Assembly: GCA_034004115.1 (NCBI GenBank)
Contig: JAVEXG010000007.1
Coordinates: 213 to 64,212 of the forward strand
Direction: 5' to 3'
DNA: 64,000 nt
From: Bacteroidales bacterium
GTDB lineage: Bacteria; Bacteroidota; Bacteroidia; Bacteroidales; VadinHA17
Position numbers and translations under genes: made by a program. A model generated the notes under the pieces. That model was not told the DNA's origin and made no database searches. It saw only the letters and a list, made by a program, of their open reading frames with translations. Each line of letters opens with the position of its first letter. Position 1 is the first letter of the stretch. Of this stretch, positions 1-8,391 are shown piece after piece.

Positions 1-618
1 TCGGGGATGAATCTGATCATCGACGACACCGATCATCCTCTCATTATCAAGGTTGCATCCATCCAGTCGGCCCGGATGCAGGTGTATTTTATCGATAATG
101 ATGATTATTTCCAGCGTAAACATACTGTAAATGATGCGGCAGGCCGCGAATTCGAGGATAATGACGAACGCGCCCTCTTCTTTGCCCGGGGAGTTATCGA
201 GACTGTAAAAAAACTGAGGTGGGCTCCCGACCTGGTTCATTGCCACGGATGGATGACTTCACTCGTCCCTGTATATTTAAGGAACATCTACAACGATGAT
301 CCCCTCTTCCATAATTACAAGATCATCTATTCAGTTTATAACAATGACTTCAAGGTTCCCTTCAGAAGCAGTTTCGCCGATAAGCTGAGATATGACGGGA
401 TTGACGGTGAAAGCCTCAAACTGGTTAAAACACCCGATTTCATAAACGTCTCGAAACTGGCAATAAAGTATTCCGATGCAGTCATCGTCGGCAGTGAGGA
501 GATAAACCCCGAACTGGAAAAACACCTCACAACGATTGGCAAGCCGGTGCTTCCATTCCAGGACGAATCTGTATACCTCGATGCCTATAATGATTTCTAT
601 GATATGATACTCTCCTGA
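1..618 (+). CDS. Glycogen/starch synthase-like glycosyltransferase (short Bacteroidota type), 5'-truncated by the window edge
   Basis: The frame is open from nt 1. The translation carries starch-synthase catalytic-domain-like motifs (DLVHCHGWMTSLVPVYL, AIKYSDAVIVGSE). Family recognised by eye only. Confidence 0.6.
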   Translation, partial: SGMNLIIDDTDHPLIIKVASIQSARMQVYFIDNDDYFQRKHTVNDAAGREFEDNDERALFFARGVIETVKKLRWAPDLVHCHGWMTSLVPVYLRNIYNDDPLFHNYKIIYSVYNNDFKVPFRSSFADKLRYDGIDGESLKLVKTPDFINVSKLAIKYSDAVIVGSEEINPELEKHLTTIGKPVLPFQDESVYLDAYNDFYDMILS

Positions 619-619
619 G

Positions 620-627
620 TATCTTTG
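620..627 (+). promoter_or_regulatory. Candidate Bacteroidota -7 promoter box (TAtcTTTG) upstream of glmS
   Basis: Exact match to the TAnnTTTG consensus, about 100 nt upstream of the glmS ATG. No clear -33 TTTG partner. Confidence 0.3.
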
Positions 628-730
628 GTGTCTTATCTGTTTTTCCGCAATATTTTCTTAATTTTCTTCGTTTTTTTAGCTAACGGAAACGAAAGTCAGT
701 TTCTGTTTTAACAATCAAAAACTGAAGCAA

Positions 731-2566
731 ATGTGTGGAATAGTAGGCTACATCGGGTCCAAACCGGCAAGAGAGATAATAATTAAAGGCCTGAAACTTC
801 TTGAATACCGGGGTTACGACTCGGCCGGCATGGCCATCGTAAACGGCGAAACAAGGATTTTCAAATGCAAGGGTAGGGTTGAGGACCTTGAAAAAATGGT
901 GAGTAACACCGATTTCAACGGAACACTTGGAATGGGCCATACACGCTGGGCCACCCACGGCGAACCCAATGAACTCAATGCTCATCCCCAGATATCCCAT
1001 AAGGGAAATTTCATTGTCGTTCATAACGGGATCATCGAAAATTACGCCATCATCAAGAAACATTTGCAGGGAAAAGGAATTCAGTTCACCAGCCAGACTG
1101 ACACCGAGGTGCTTGCAAACCTTATTGAACACCTTTACGTTGAGGGCGACCTTACAGCAGAAGAAGCCATAACCCTGGCACTAAACAGAGTGGAAGGGGC
1201 TTACGGACTGGTTATTATATGTACAAGGGAGACCGACAGGCTGTTTGCTGCCCGAAAGGGGAGTCCCCTCGTTATTGGCGTCGGCGACGGCGAAAACTTC
1301 ATAGCTTCCGATGCAACTCCCATCGTCGAATATACTTCGCGCGTTATTTATCTGAAAGACGACGATATCGCTATCATAAAGAAGGACGAACTTGTGCTTA
1401 AGACCATCCGCCCTAAAAACATTGAACCCGAAGTGAAGGAGGTTGACCTGAAAATCGGTGAGATTGACAAGGAAGGCTATGCACATTTTATGCTCAAGGA
1501 GATATTTGAACAGCCAAGAGCGATCCACGATACATTCAGGGGAAGGGTTCTTCCCGATCACAGCGGAGTAATGCTGGGGGGGCTTCACGATGAGCTTGAG
1601 TCGATATCAAAGGCTGAAAAAATTATAATTGTGGCATGCGGCACCTCATACCATGCCGGATTGCTTGGAGAGTACATTTTCGAGGAATATACCCGAATAC
1701 CGGTTGAGGTTGAATACGCATCGGAGTTCCGTTACCGGGACCCGATAATAAAATCCGGCGACATAGTTATTGCAATAAGCCAGAGCGGTGAAACCGCCGA
1801 CACCCTGGCGGCTATTAAAATTGCAAAGGAAAAGGGAGCTAAAGTGATTGGGATATGCAATGTAGTAGGATCAAGCATTCCCCGCGAAACCGATGCAGGT
1901 GTCTATACACATGCAGGCCCCGAAATCGGAGTGGCATCAACAAAGGCATTCACCACACAGGTGACAGTTCTTGCAATGATGGCTTTTGAAATCGGATTCC
2001 TGAGAGGTACTATAAGCAGCGAAAGTTATAAGGAACTTATCGATGAACTTGTTTCGGTGCCGGAAAAGATAGAAAAGGCTCTTCAGGTTAACGACCAGGC
2101 TCTTGAGCTCGCAACGATCTACCAGAACAAGCGTAACGCTCTTTACCTTGGCAGAGGCTACCTCTTCCCGGTGGCTCTCGAAGGCGCCCTCAAACTGAAG
2201 GAAATATCATACATCCATGCGGAAGGCTATCCTGCCGCTGAGATGAAACACGGCCCGATTGCCCTGATTGACGAAGACATGCCTGTCGTTGTTGTTGCCA
2301 CAAAGGATGATACATACGACAAGATAGTGAGCAACATCCAGGAGATAAAGGCAAGAAAGGGAAGTGTACTTGCAATAGTGACCGAGGGTGATGAACTTAT
2401 AAGGAAGATGGCCGACTATGTGCTTGAAGTCCCTGATACCCTGCCTCCCTTCACCGGAATCCTTGCAGTGATCCCGCTCCAGTTGCTGTCGTACCATATT
2501 GCAGTGCTAAGAGGCTGCAATGTCGACCAGCCCCGGAATCTTGCAAAATCGGTAACAGTTGAATAA
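731..2566 (+). CDS. glmS: Glutamine--fructose-6-phosphate aminotransferase (isomerising)
   Basis: 611 aa. N-terminal MCGIVGYIG (Ntn Cys2), two SIS domains and the C-terminal ...NLAKSVTVE typical of GlmS. Confidence 0.97.
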   Translation: MCGIVGYIGSKPAREIIIKGLKLLEYRGYDSAGMAIVNGETRIFKCKGRVEDLEKMVSNTDFNGTLGMGHTRWATHGEPNELNAHPQISHKGNFIVVHNGIIENYAIIKKHLQGKGIQFTSQTDTEVLANLIEHLYVEGDLTAEEAITLALNRVEGAYGLVIICTRETDRLFAARKGSPLVIGVGDGENFIASDATPIVEYTSRVIYLKDDDIAIIKKDELVLKTIRPKNIEPEVKEVDLKIGEIDKEGYAHFMLKEIFEQPRAIHDTFRGRVLPDHSGVMLGGLHDELESISKAEKIIIVACGTSYHAGLLGEYIFEEYTRIPVEVEYASEFRYRDPIIKSGDIVIAISQSGETADTLAAIKIAKEKGAKVIGICNVVGSSIPRETDAGVYTHAGPEIGVASTKAFTTQVTVLAMMAFEIGFLRGTISSESYKELIDELVSVPEKIEKALQVNDQALELATIYQNKRNALYLGRGYLFPVALEGALKLKEISYIHAEGYPAAEMKHGPIALIDEDMPVVVVATKDDTYDKIVSNIQEIKARKGSVLAIVTEGDELIRKMADYVLEVPDTLPPFTGILAVIPLQLLSYHIAVLRGCNVDQPRNLAKSVTVE

Positions 2567-2584
2567 CAGAATACTAACCCTCAT

Positions 2585-4585
2585 ATGAAATCGACTATCA
2601 AATACAGGAAGCTGACAAAAGAAGAAACCGTCAGCCTGACACACAATGGATGCAGCTGCGACGACTGGTCCGTGATTCAGGTCGCTGAGGGATTCGATCC
2701 TTCGAGATATATCAATGTCACCTTTTCGGGTAATATAAAGCTGGGCCGGCTGAACGGCACCCATACCGACGAATCGGGTGTAATGATCAGATCAGGGATT
2801 ACAAATGCCCATATTCACAACTGCGACATCGGATCGAATGTTGTGATCTGCAATATAGGCGATTACATCGCTAATTACCGGATAGGGGATAATGTAGTTA
2901 TAAAGAATTGCAGCAAGATACATACCGAGGGGACCTCAACTTTCGGCAACGGCACCAAAGTAGCCGTGCTTAATGAAACCGGAGGTAGAACAGTAAGGAT
3001 ATGGGATAAGCTGTCTGCCCATGAGGCCTATATTATCGCCCTCTACCGCCACAGGTACAAGGCGATACTGAATATGGAGAAAATGGTTTCCGACTATTCC
3101 GAGTCGGTCCGGTCCGGCAGGGGTGTGATCGGGGACGGCTCAATAATTGTCAGCTGCCGTAATATAAGAAATGTGAGGATAGGTCCCCACACCAGGATCG
3201 ACGGAGCCATCAGCCTGGATGAGGGTTCGATTAACAGCTGCGTTGAAGATCCGGTCTTTATAGGCCCGGGTGTGATAATGGAACATTTTATAGTCTGCTC
3301 GGGGTCGATCGTTACCGAGTCAACCCTTATCGACAAATGCTTTATAGGGCAGGGCTGTGTTCTCGGCAAACACTATTCCGCTGAAAATTCATTGTTCTTT
3401 GCAAACTGCGGCGGATATCACGGCGAAGCCTGTTCTATTTTCGCCGGGCCCTACACCGTTACCCACCATAAATCAACACTCCTTATAGCAGGGATATTCT
3501 CATTCATGAATGCCGGCAGCGGTTCGAACCAGAGCAACCACATGTACAAGCTCGGGCCAATACATCAGGGCATCATGGAAAGAGGTTCAAAGACAACAAG
3601 CGATTCATACGTTCTCTGGCCTGCGCGCATAGGCCCATATACTCTCGTCATGGGACGTCATTACAAGAACATGGATACTTCATCACTGCCGTTCTCCTAC
3701 CTCATTGAGAGCAATGATGAAAGCATTCTCGTTCCGGGAATAAATCTCAGAAGCGTCGGAACCATAAGGGATGCCCAGAAATGGCCTCTCCGCGACCGCC
3801 GCAAGGACCCTGAAAAACTCGATCAGGTGAACTTCAACCTGCTGAGTCCTTATACAATAAGAAAGATGTTCGAGGGAAGAGAACTCCTCCGGAAACTCAA
3901 GTCGGTGTCGGGACCCGTTTCGGGTTCTTATTCCTACAACAATATGGTAATCAGGGGCGATTCCCTTGAAAGGGGAATCCAGATGTACCAGACAGGCATC
4001 GACAAATTCCTGGGTAATTCACTGATAAAACGGCTTGAGAATACTGAATTCGCATCGAACAATGAACTCCAGAAACGGCTTAAGCCCGATCATACAATGG
4101 GTAAAGGCGAATGGGTCGACCTGGCCGGCCTCATAGCTCCGGTTAAGGCTGTAAACAAGCTGCTCGACTACATCGAAAACGGGGTGATAAGCACTATAGG
4201 CGGAGTGGCAGAGGCTTTTGTCAGGATACATGAGTCATACTACAAGTGGGAGTGGACCTGGGCATGTGAAAGGATTGAACAGGAGGAAGGCAAGCCGGTG
4301 AAGGAATTTACCGCAGCCGACATAATAAGGATCACAGAGAGATGGAAGAAGAGTGTGATCGACCTTGACAAAATGCTCTATGAGGATGCGAGAAAGGAAT
4401 TCACTCTGTCGTCCATGACAGGTTTCGGGATTGACGGAGGCGAGGAGATCAAGAAACTCGATTTTGAACAGGTAAGGGGTGCCTTTGAATCAAACGGGGT
4501 TGTCTCTGCCATTCAGGATCACATCGAGCAGAAAAATGCCCTTGGTAACGAACTGATCGAAAGGATGTCGAGGATTCAAAGCTGA
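2585..4585 (+). CDS. DUF4954-like protein with an N-terminal left-handed beta-helix
   Basis: 666 aa, starting 18 nt after the glmS stop. Repeated hexapeptide-like [IVL]-x-x-x-x-[GN] turns (IGSNVVICNIGDYIANYRIGDNVVIKN...). Size and glmS adjacency match my recollection of the Bacteroidota DUF4954 family. Confidence 0.7.
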   Translation: MKSTIKYRKLTKEETVSLTHNGCSCDDWSVIQVAEGFDPSRYINVTFSGNIKLGRLNGTHTDESGVMIRSGITNAHIHNCDIGSNVVICNIGDYIANYRIGDNVVIKNCSKIHTEGTSTFGNGTKVAVLNETGGRTVRIWDKLSAHEAYIIALYRHRYKAILNMEKMVSDYSESVRSGRGVIGDGSIIVSCRNIRNVRIGPHTRIDGAISLDEGSINSCVEDPVFIGPGVIMEHFIVCSGSIVTESTLIDKCFIGQGCVLGKHYSAENSLFFANCGGYHGEACSIFAGPYTVTHHKSTLLIAGIFSFMNAGSGSNQSNHMYKLGPIHQGIMERGSKTTSDSYVLWPARIGPYTLVMGRHYKNMDTSSLPFSYLIESNDESILVPGINLRSVGTIRDAQKWPLRDRRKDPEKLDQVNFNLLSPYTIRKMFEGRELLRKLKSVSGPVSGSYSYNNMVIRGDSLERGIQMYQTGIDKFLGNSLIKRLENTEFASNNELQKRLKPDHTMGKGEWVDLAGLIAPVKAVNKLLDYIENGVISTIGGVAEAFVRIHESYYKWEWTWACERIEQEEGKPVKEFTAADIIRITERWKKSVIDLDKMLYEDARKEFTLSSMTGFGIDGGEEIKKLDFEQVRGAFESNGVVSAIQDHIEQKNALGNELIERMSRIQS

Positions 4586-4586
4586 C

Positions 4587-5648
4587 CTATCTACCGGAGT
4601 ACATCTTCTCGTAATATTTTTCATAGTCTCCCGACAAAATTCCCGAGAGCCACTTATCGTTCGACAGATACCAGTCAACAGTCTTTTCAATCCCTTTTGA
4701 AAATTCCGGTATGGGTGCCCATCCCAGCTCCGAACGGATCTTTGAGGAGTCAATTGCATATCTCAGATCATGACCGGGACGGTCCTTAACGTAAGTGATA
4801 AGCTTTTCCGAAGTGCCCTCCGGCCTTCCAAGCTTCCTGTCGAGGATCCTGCAAAGAAGCATTATCAGGTCAATATTCTTCCATTCATTATTCCCGCCGA
4901 TGTTATATGTCTCCCCAGTCTTACCCTTGTGGAAGATAAGGTCGATAGCCACTGCGTGATCCTCAACATAAAGCCAGTCGCGCACATTTTCTCCCTTGCC
5001 GTAAACCGGGATGGACCTGTTGTTCCTTATGTTGTTTATGACGAGCGGGATCAGTTTTTCAGGGAACTGGTTGGGGCCGTAGTTGTTTGAGCAGTTTGAA
5101 ATGACAACCGGCAGGCCGAAGGTGTGACCGTAAGCCCTTACCATGTGGTCGGAACCGGCTTTTGATGCCGAATACGGGCTTTTTGGATCGTAGGAGGTCT
5201 TTTCGGTGAACAGTCCCTCGTCGCCAAGCGATCCGTAAACTTCATCGGTAGAGATATGGTAGAAAAGCCTTCCTTCCGTCCTGTCCTTCCATGAGGCAAG
5301 CGTTGCGTTGAGGAGATTGACTGTCCCTACTATGTTTGTGAAGACAAAATCGTCGGGAGCAGTGATCGACCTGTCGACATGCGATTCGGCGGCAAGGTGG
5401 ATGACACCGCTGAAGTCATACTTTTTGAAGAGATCCAGGACTGCCTGCTTGTTAACGATGTCGATCCTTTCGAAGACATAATTTTTGTAATTCTCGATAT
5501 CGGTCAGATTTTCGAGGTTGCCGGCATAGGTTAGCTTGTCGGCATTGACAATCCGGTATCCGGGATATTCCCTTACAAAACGCCTTACGACATGCGAGCC
5601 TATGAATCCGGCTCCTCCGGTAATCAGAAGTGTCTTTGATGCTTCCAT
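4587..5648 (-). CDS. rfbB: dTDP-glucose 4,6-dehydratase
   Basis: 353 aa. TGGAGFIGS Rossmann motif, YSASKAGSD catalytic Y-x-x-x-K and an RfbB-type C-terminus. Confidence 0.93.
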   Translation of the reverse strand: MEASKTLLITGGAGFIGSHVVRRFVREYPGYRIVNADKLTYAGNLENLTDIENYKNYVFERIDIVNKQAVLDLFKKYDFSGVIHLAAESHVDRSITAPDDFVFTNIVGTVNLLNATLASWKDRTEGRLFYHISTDEVYGSLGDEGLFTEKTSYDPKSPYSASKAGSDHMVRAYGHTFGLPVVISNCSNNYGPNQFPEKLIPLVINNIRNNRSIPVYGKGENVRDWLYVEDHAVAIDLIFHKGKTGETYNIGGNNEWKNIDLIMLLCRILDRKLGRPEGTSEKLITYVKDRPGHDLRYAIDSSKIRSELGWAPIPEFSKGIEKTVDWYLSNDKWLSGILSGDYEKYYEKMYSGR

Positions 5649-5649
5649 T

Positions 5650-6681
5650 TTATTGGTTTTTCCTGATGGCTTTCTCCCATTCCCAGGCAGTTCTCATAGC
5701 TTCATCAAGATTGCTTTTGGTCTTCCACCCGAGTTCCCTGTTTGCCAGCGACGGGTCTGCCCATATCTTCTCTATATCGCCTTCCCTTCTTCCTGTAATC
5801 CTATAGTTAAGGCTGATGCCTGAAACACGCTCAAACGATTGAATTGCCTCGAGCACCGAAACACCCGTGCCGGTGCCCAGGTTGAATACCTCATAGGCGG
5901 CCTTGTTCTTTTTCTCAAGAAGCCTTTTAACCGCAGTTACATGAGCCTTGGCCAGATCGACGACGTGCAGGTAATCCCTTACGCATGAACCGTCGGGTGT
6001 GTTGTAGTCGTTTCCGAAAACCTTCAGTTCTTTTCTTAGTCCGTAGGCAGTCTGGGTAATGAAGGGCACGAGATTTTCAGGAACACCCCTGGGGAGTTCG
6101 CCGATAAGGGCTGAAGGATGTGCTCCTATGGGATTGAAATACCTGAGCGAAATTGCATTAAGGTTTTCACTCGACCCCACAGTGTCGCGGATGATCTCCT
6201 CTCCGATCTGCTTTGTATTCCCATAGGGCGAGGTTGCAGGCTTCACTGCAGCATCCTCGGCCACCGGAAGTTTGTCGGGCTGTCCGTAAACAGTGCATGA
6301 TGACGAGAAAACGAAATCCGGAATTCCGTGTGTCCTCATGGCATCCAGCAGGTTCATGAGCGATACGAGATTGTTGCGGTAATATTCAAGAGGCTTGTGA
6401 ACCGATTCGCCGACAGCCTTGTATGCTGCAAAATGTATTATACCCGATATATCATTATGATCAGCGAAATAATCATCCAGCTTTTCACGGTCGGTCAGAT
6501 CAAACACCGCAAGCGACGGCCTTACACCCGTTATTGCCTCTATGCGGTCGACAACTTCGGCCTCCGAATTGTAAAGGTTGTCGATTATGGCAACTTCAAA
6601 TCCTTCTCCTATAAGCTCAACAGTTGTGTGGGAACCAATGTATCCTGTTCCCCCGGTAACAAGTATCTTGTTTTTCTTCAT
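5650..6681 (-). CDS. galE: UDP-glucose 4-epimerase
   Basis: 343 aa. VTGGTGYIGSH, SSSCTVYG and YGNTK motifs. Its stop lies 1 nt from the rfbB start. Confidence 0.9.
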   Translation of the reverse strand: MKKNKILVTGGTGYIGSHTTVELIGEGFEVAIIDNLYNSEAEVVDRIEAITGVRPSLAVFDLTDREKLDDYFADHNDISGIIHFAAYKAVGESVHKPLEYYRNNLVSLMNLLDAMRTHGIPDFVFSSSCTVYGQPDKLPVAEDAAVKPATSPYGNTKQIGEEIIRDTVGSSENLNAISLRYFNPIGAHPSALIGELPRGVPENLVPFITQTAYGLRKELKVFGNDYNTPDGSCVRDYLHVVDLAKAHVTAVKRLLEKKNKAAYEVFNLGTGTGVSVLEAIQSFERVSGISLNYRITGRREGDIEKIWADPSLANRELGWKTKSNLDEAMRTAWEWEKAIRKNQ

Positions 6682-6698
6682 GATCTGTTCTGAATGAG

Positions 6699-7661
6699 TT
6701 ATCTTTTGTCAGCATATTTGAGCATCGGGTGATAGTCTCCGACAAATCCGACCGGATTTGAGTTTCTTATTGTAAAGGCTGTTATCACCGACTGCTTCGC
6801 ATCATTGAGCCCGAATCCCTTTCCCGCCAGTATTTCATTGTAGGAGGTGGTGTGCAGTTCTCCGAAACCTTCGCTGAATTCAATCTCCTCGCCCTCAACT
6901 GTAATCGACCTGTAAGTCCTTTTGCCCGCCTCCCTGGCTGATGCGGGAAGGTCGTCGGCATCGATGCTGAGAAACCATCTTACCCTTGCATTCTCAAGTT
7001 CGAGATATCCTCCCGCCTTGTTGGGCTGAGACAGATGAACAATGTTTTTTGTCGTGTCGCCAAAGATCCATCCCAGCATGTCGAAAAAATGAATGCCGAT
7101 GTTGGTGGCTACGCCTCCCGACTTCTGAATATCGCCTTTCCACGATATATAATACCAGTTACCCCTGCTGGTAACATAAGTGAGATCAATATCATAAACC
7201 TTGTTCTTCGGACCTTTGCTGATCTTTTCCTTCAGGGCGATTATTGCAGGATGAAGCCGAAGCTGAAGTATTGTATAAATCTTCCGGCCTGTTTCATTTT
7301 CAATTTCCTGAAGGGCCTCCACGTTCCACGGATTGAGGACTATCGGCTTTTCGCAGATAGCTTCGGCCTGATGCCTCAGTGCAAACCTGATATGCGAATC
7401 GTGAAGGTAATTGGGCGAACAGATGCTCACATAATCTATCTTCGTTCCCATTCTCTTCAGTTTGTCGAAATGCCTGTCGAACCTTTCAAACTCGACGAAG
7501 AAGTCACTGTGGGGAAAATAACCGTCAAGCAAACCTACGCAGTCAAACTTGTCGAGGCTGGCGAGAAGATTATTCCCGGTATCTTTGATCGCCTTCAGGT
7601 GGCGCACTGCAATATATCCAGCCACACCTATAAGACCGAAATTCTTCGGATTGGATTCCAT
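6699..7661 (-). CDS. wbpB: WbpB-like Gfo/Idh/MocA oxidoreductase (UDP-GlcNAcA 3-dehydrogenase type)
   Basis: 320 aa. Long collinear similarity to my recollection of P. aeruginosa WbpB (YVSICSPNYLH, DLTYVTSRGNWY, GVATNIGIHFFDML, YRSITVEGEEIEFSEGF). Confidence 0.85.
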   Translation of the reverse strand: MESNPKNFGLIGVAGYIAVRHLKAIKDTGNNLLASLDKFDCVGLLDGYFPHSDFFVEFERFDRHFDKLKRMGTKIDYVSICSPNYLHDSHIRFALRHQAEAICEKPIVLNPWNVEALQEIENETGRKIYTILQLRLHPAIIALKEKISKGPKNKVYDIDLTYVTSRGNWYYISWKGDIQKSGGVATNIGIHFFDMLGWIFGDTTKNIVHLSQPNKAGGYLELENARVRWFLSIDADDLPASAREAGKRTYRSITVEGEEIEFSEGFGELHTTSYNEILAGKGFGLNDAKQSVITAFTIRNSNPVGFVGDYHPMLKYADKR

Positions 7662-7731
7662 AATATCTTAATTAACAATAAATTATGATGACTATCTATA
7701 ATGTAGTATAAAATTATCAATTTTTGTTTTT

Positions 7732-7808
7732 AAACCCCCTTTCCCGTCTCGCTATGTGGGAAGCTTCCTGCTCCTGCCTCCTTGGGGGAAGGTTGGGAAG
7801 GGGGTTTT
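7732..7808. repeat. GC-rich hairpin element, copy A (second copy at 21182-21255)
   Basis: Outer stem AAACCCCCTTTCCC / GGGAAGGGGGTTT. Inner palindrome GGAAGCTTCC and inner stem CTCGC-TAT-GTGGG. About 85% identical by eye to copy B. Confidence 0.85.
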
Positions 7809-7809
7809 A

Positions 7810-8391
7810 TCACTCAGTTAGTTTGCTTACATTTCCATCCTTCAACACATACTTCTCACCGCTTTCAGGGCAGGTTGCATGGCCGCCGGCGTCGAATTGA
7901 AGCTTGTGGCCGTATTCGCTCATCCATCCTGTTTGTCGCGCTGGATTACCCACAACCAGGGCGTAGGGCTTCACATCCCTTGTCACAACTGCCCCGGCCC
8001 CGATAAAGGCAAACCTGCCAATCCTGTGGCCGCATACTATTGTTGAGTTGGCCCCGATTGTGGCTCCTTTCTCCACTGTGGTTTCTGCATACTGATCCTT
8101 CCTGTTAACCGCGCTTCTGGGATTCATTACATTTGTGAAAACCATCGACGGCCCCAGAAAGACATCATCTTCACAGATAACGCCCGTGTATACCGATACA
8201 TTGTTCTGGACCTTGACGTTACGCCCGAGCCTTACTCCCGGAGAAATAACAACATTCTGTCCTATATTGCAGTAAGCACCTATTTCCGAGCCAGTCATGA
8301 TATGGCTGAAATGCCATATTTTAGTTCCTTTTCCAATGCTCACCCCATCGTCAACGACAGCCGTTTCATGGGCGAAATATTCCTTTTCCAT
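7810..8391 (-). CDS. wbpD: WbpD-like hexapeptide N-acetyltransferase (UDP-2-acetamido-3-amino-2,3-dideoxy-glucuronate N-acetyltransferase type)
   Basis: 193 aa left-handed beta-helix. GPSMVFTNVMNPRS and GANSTIVCG motifs, collinear with my recollection of WbpD. Confidence 0.85.
   Translation of the reverse strand: MEKEYFAHETAVVDDGVSIGKGTKIWHFSHIMTGSEIGAYCNIGQNVVISPGVRLGRNVKVQNNVSVYTGVICEDDVFLGPSMVFTNVMNPRSAVNRKDQYAETTVEKGATIGANSTIVCGHRIGRFAFIGAGAVVTRDVKPYALVVGNPARQTGWMSEYGHKLQFDAGGHATCPESGEKYVLKDGNVSKLTE

Noticed and set aside
619-730. glmS ribozyme upstream of glmS
   Set aside because: The leader is only ~110 nt, AT-rich, and shows no pseudoknotted core that I can recognise. The glmS ribozyme is essentially a Gram-positive feature.
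7035-7688. Long antisense or alternative-frame ORFs: 7035-7688 (+), 22084-22824 (+), 42630-43421 (-), 51163-51837 (+), 45704-46387 (-), 37158-37685 (-), 40141-40644 (+), 59489-60091 (+)
   Set aside because: Each lies entirely inside a confidently identified gene on the other strand or frame (wbpB-like, trmB/gldH, gltX, carB, permease, nrdJ, kbl, GH43). Their translations are low-complexity or Arg/Ser/Pro-rich with no family resemblance, so they are shadow ORFs.
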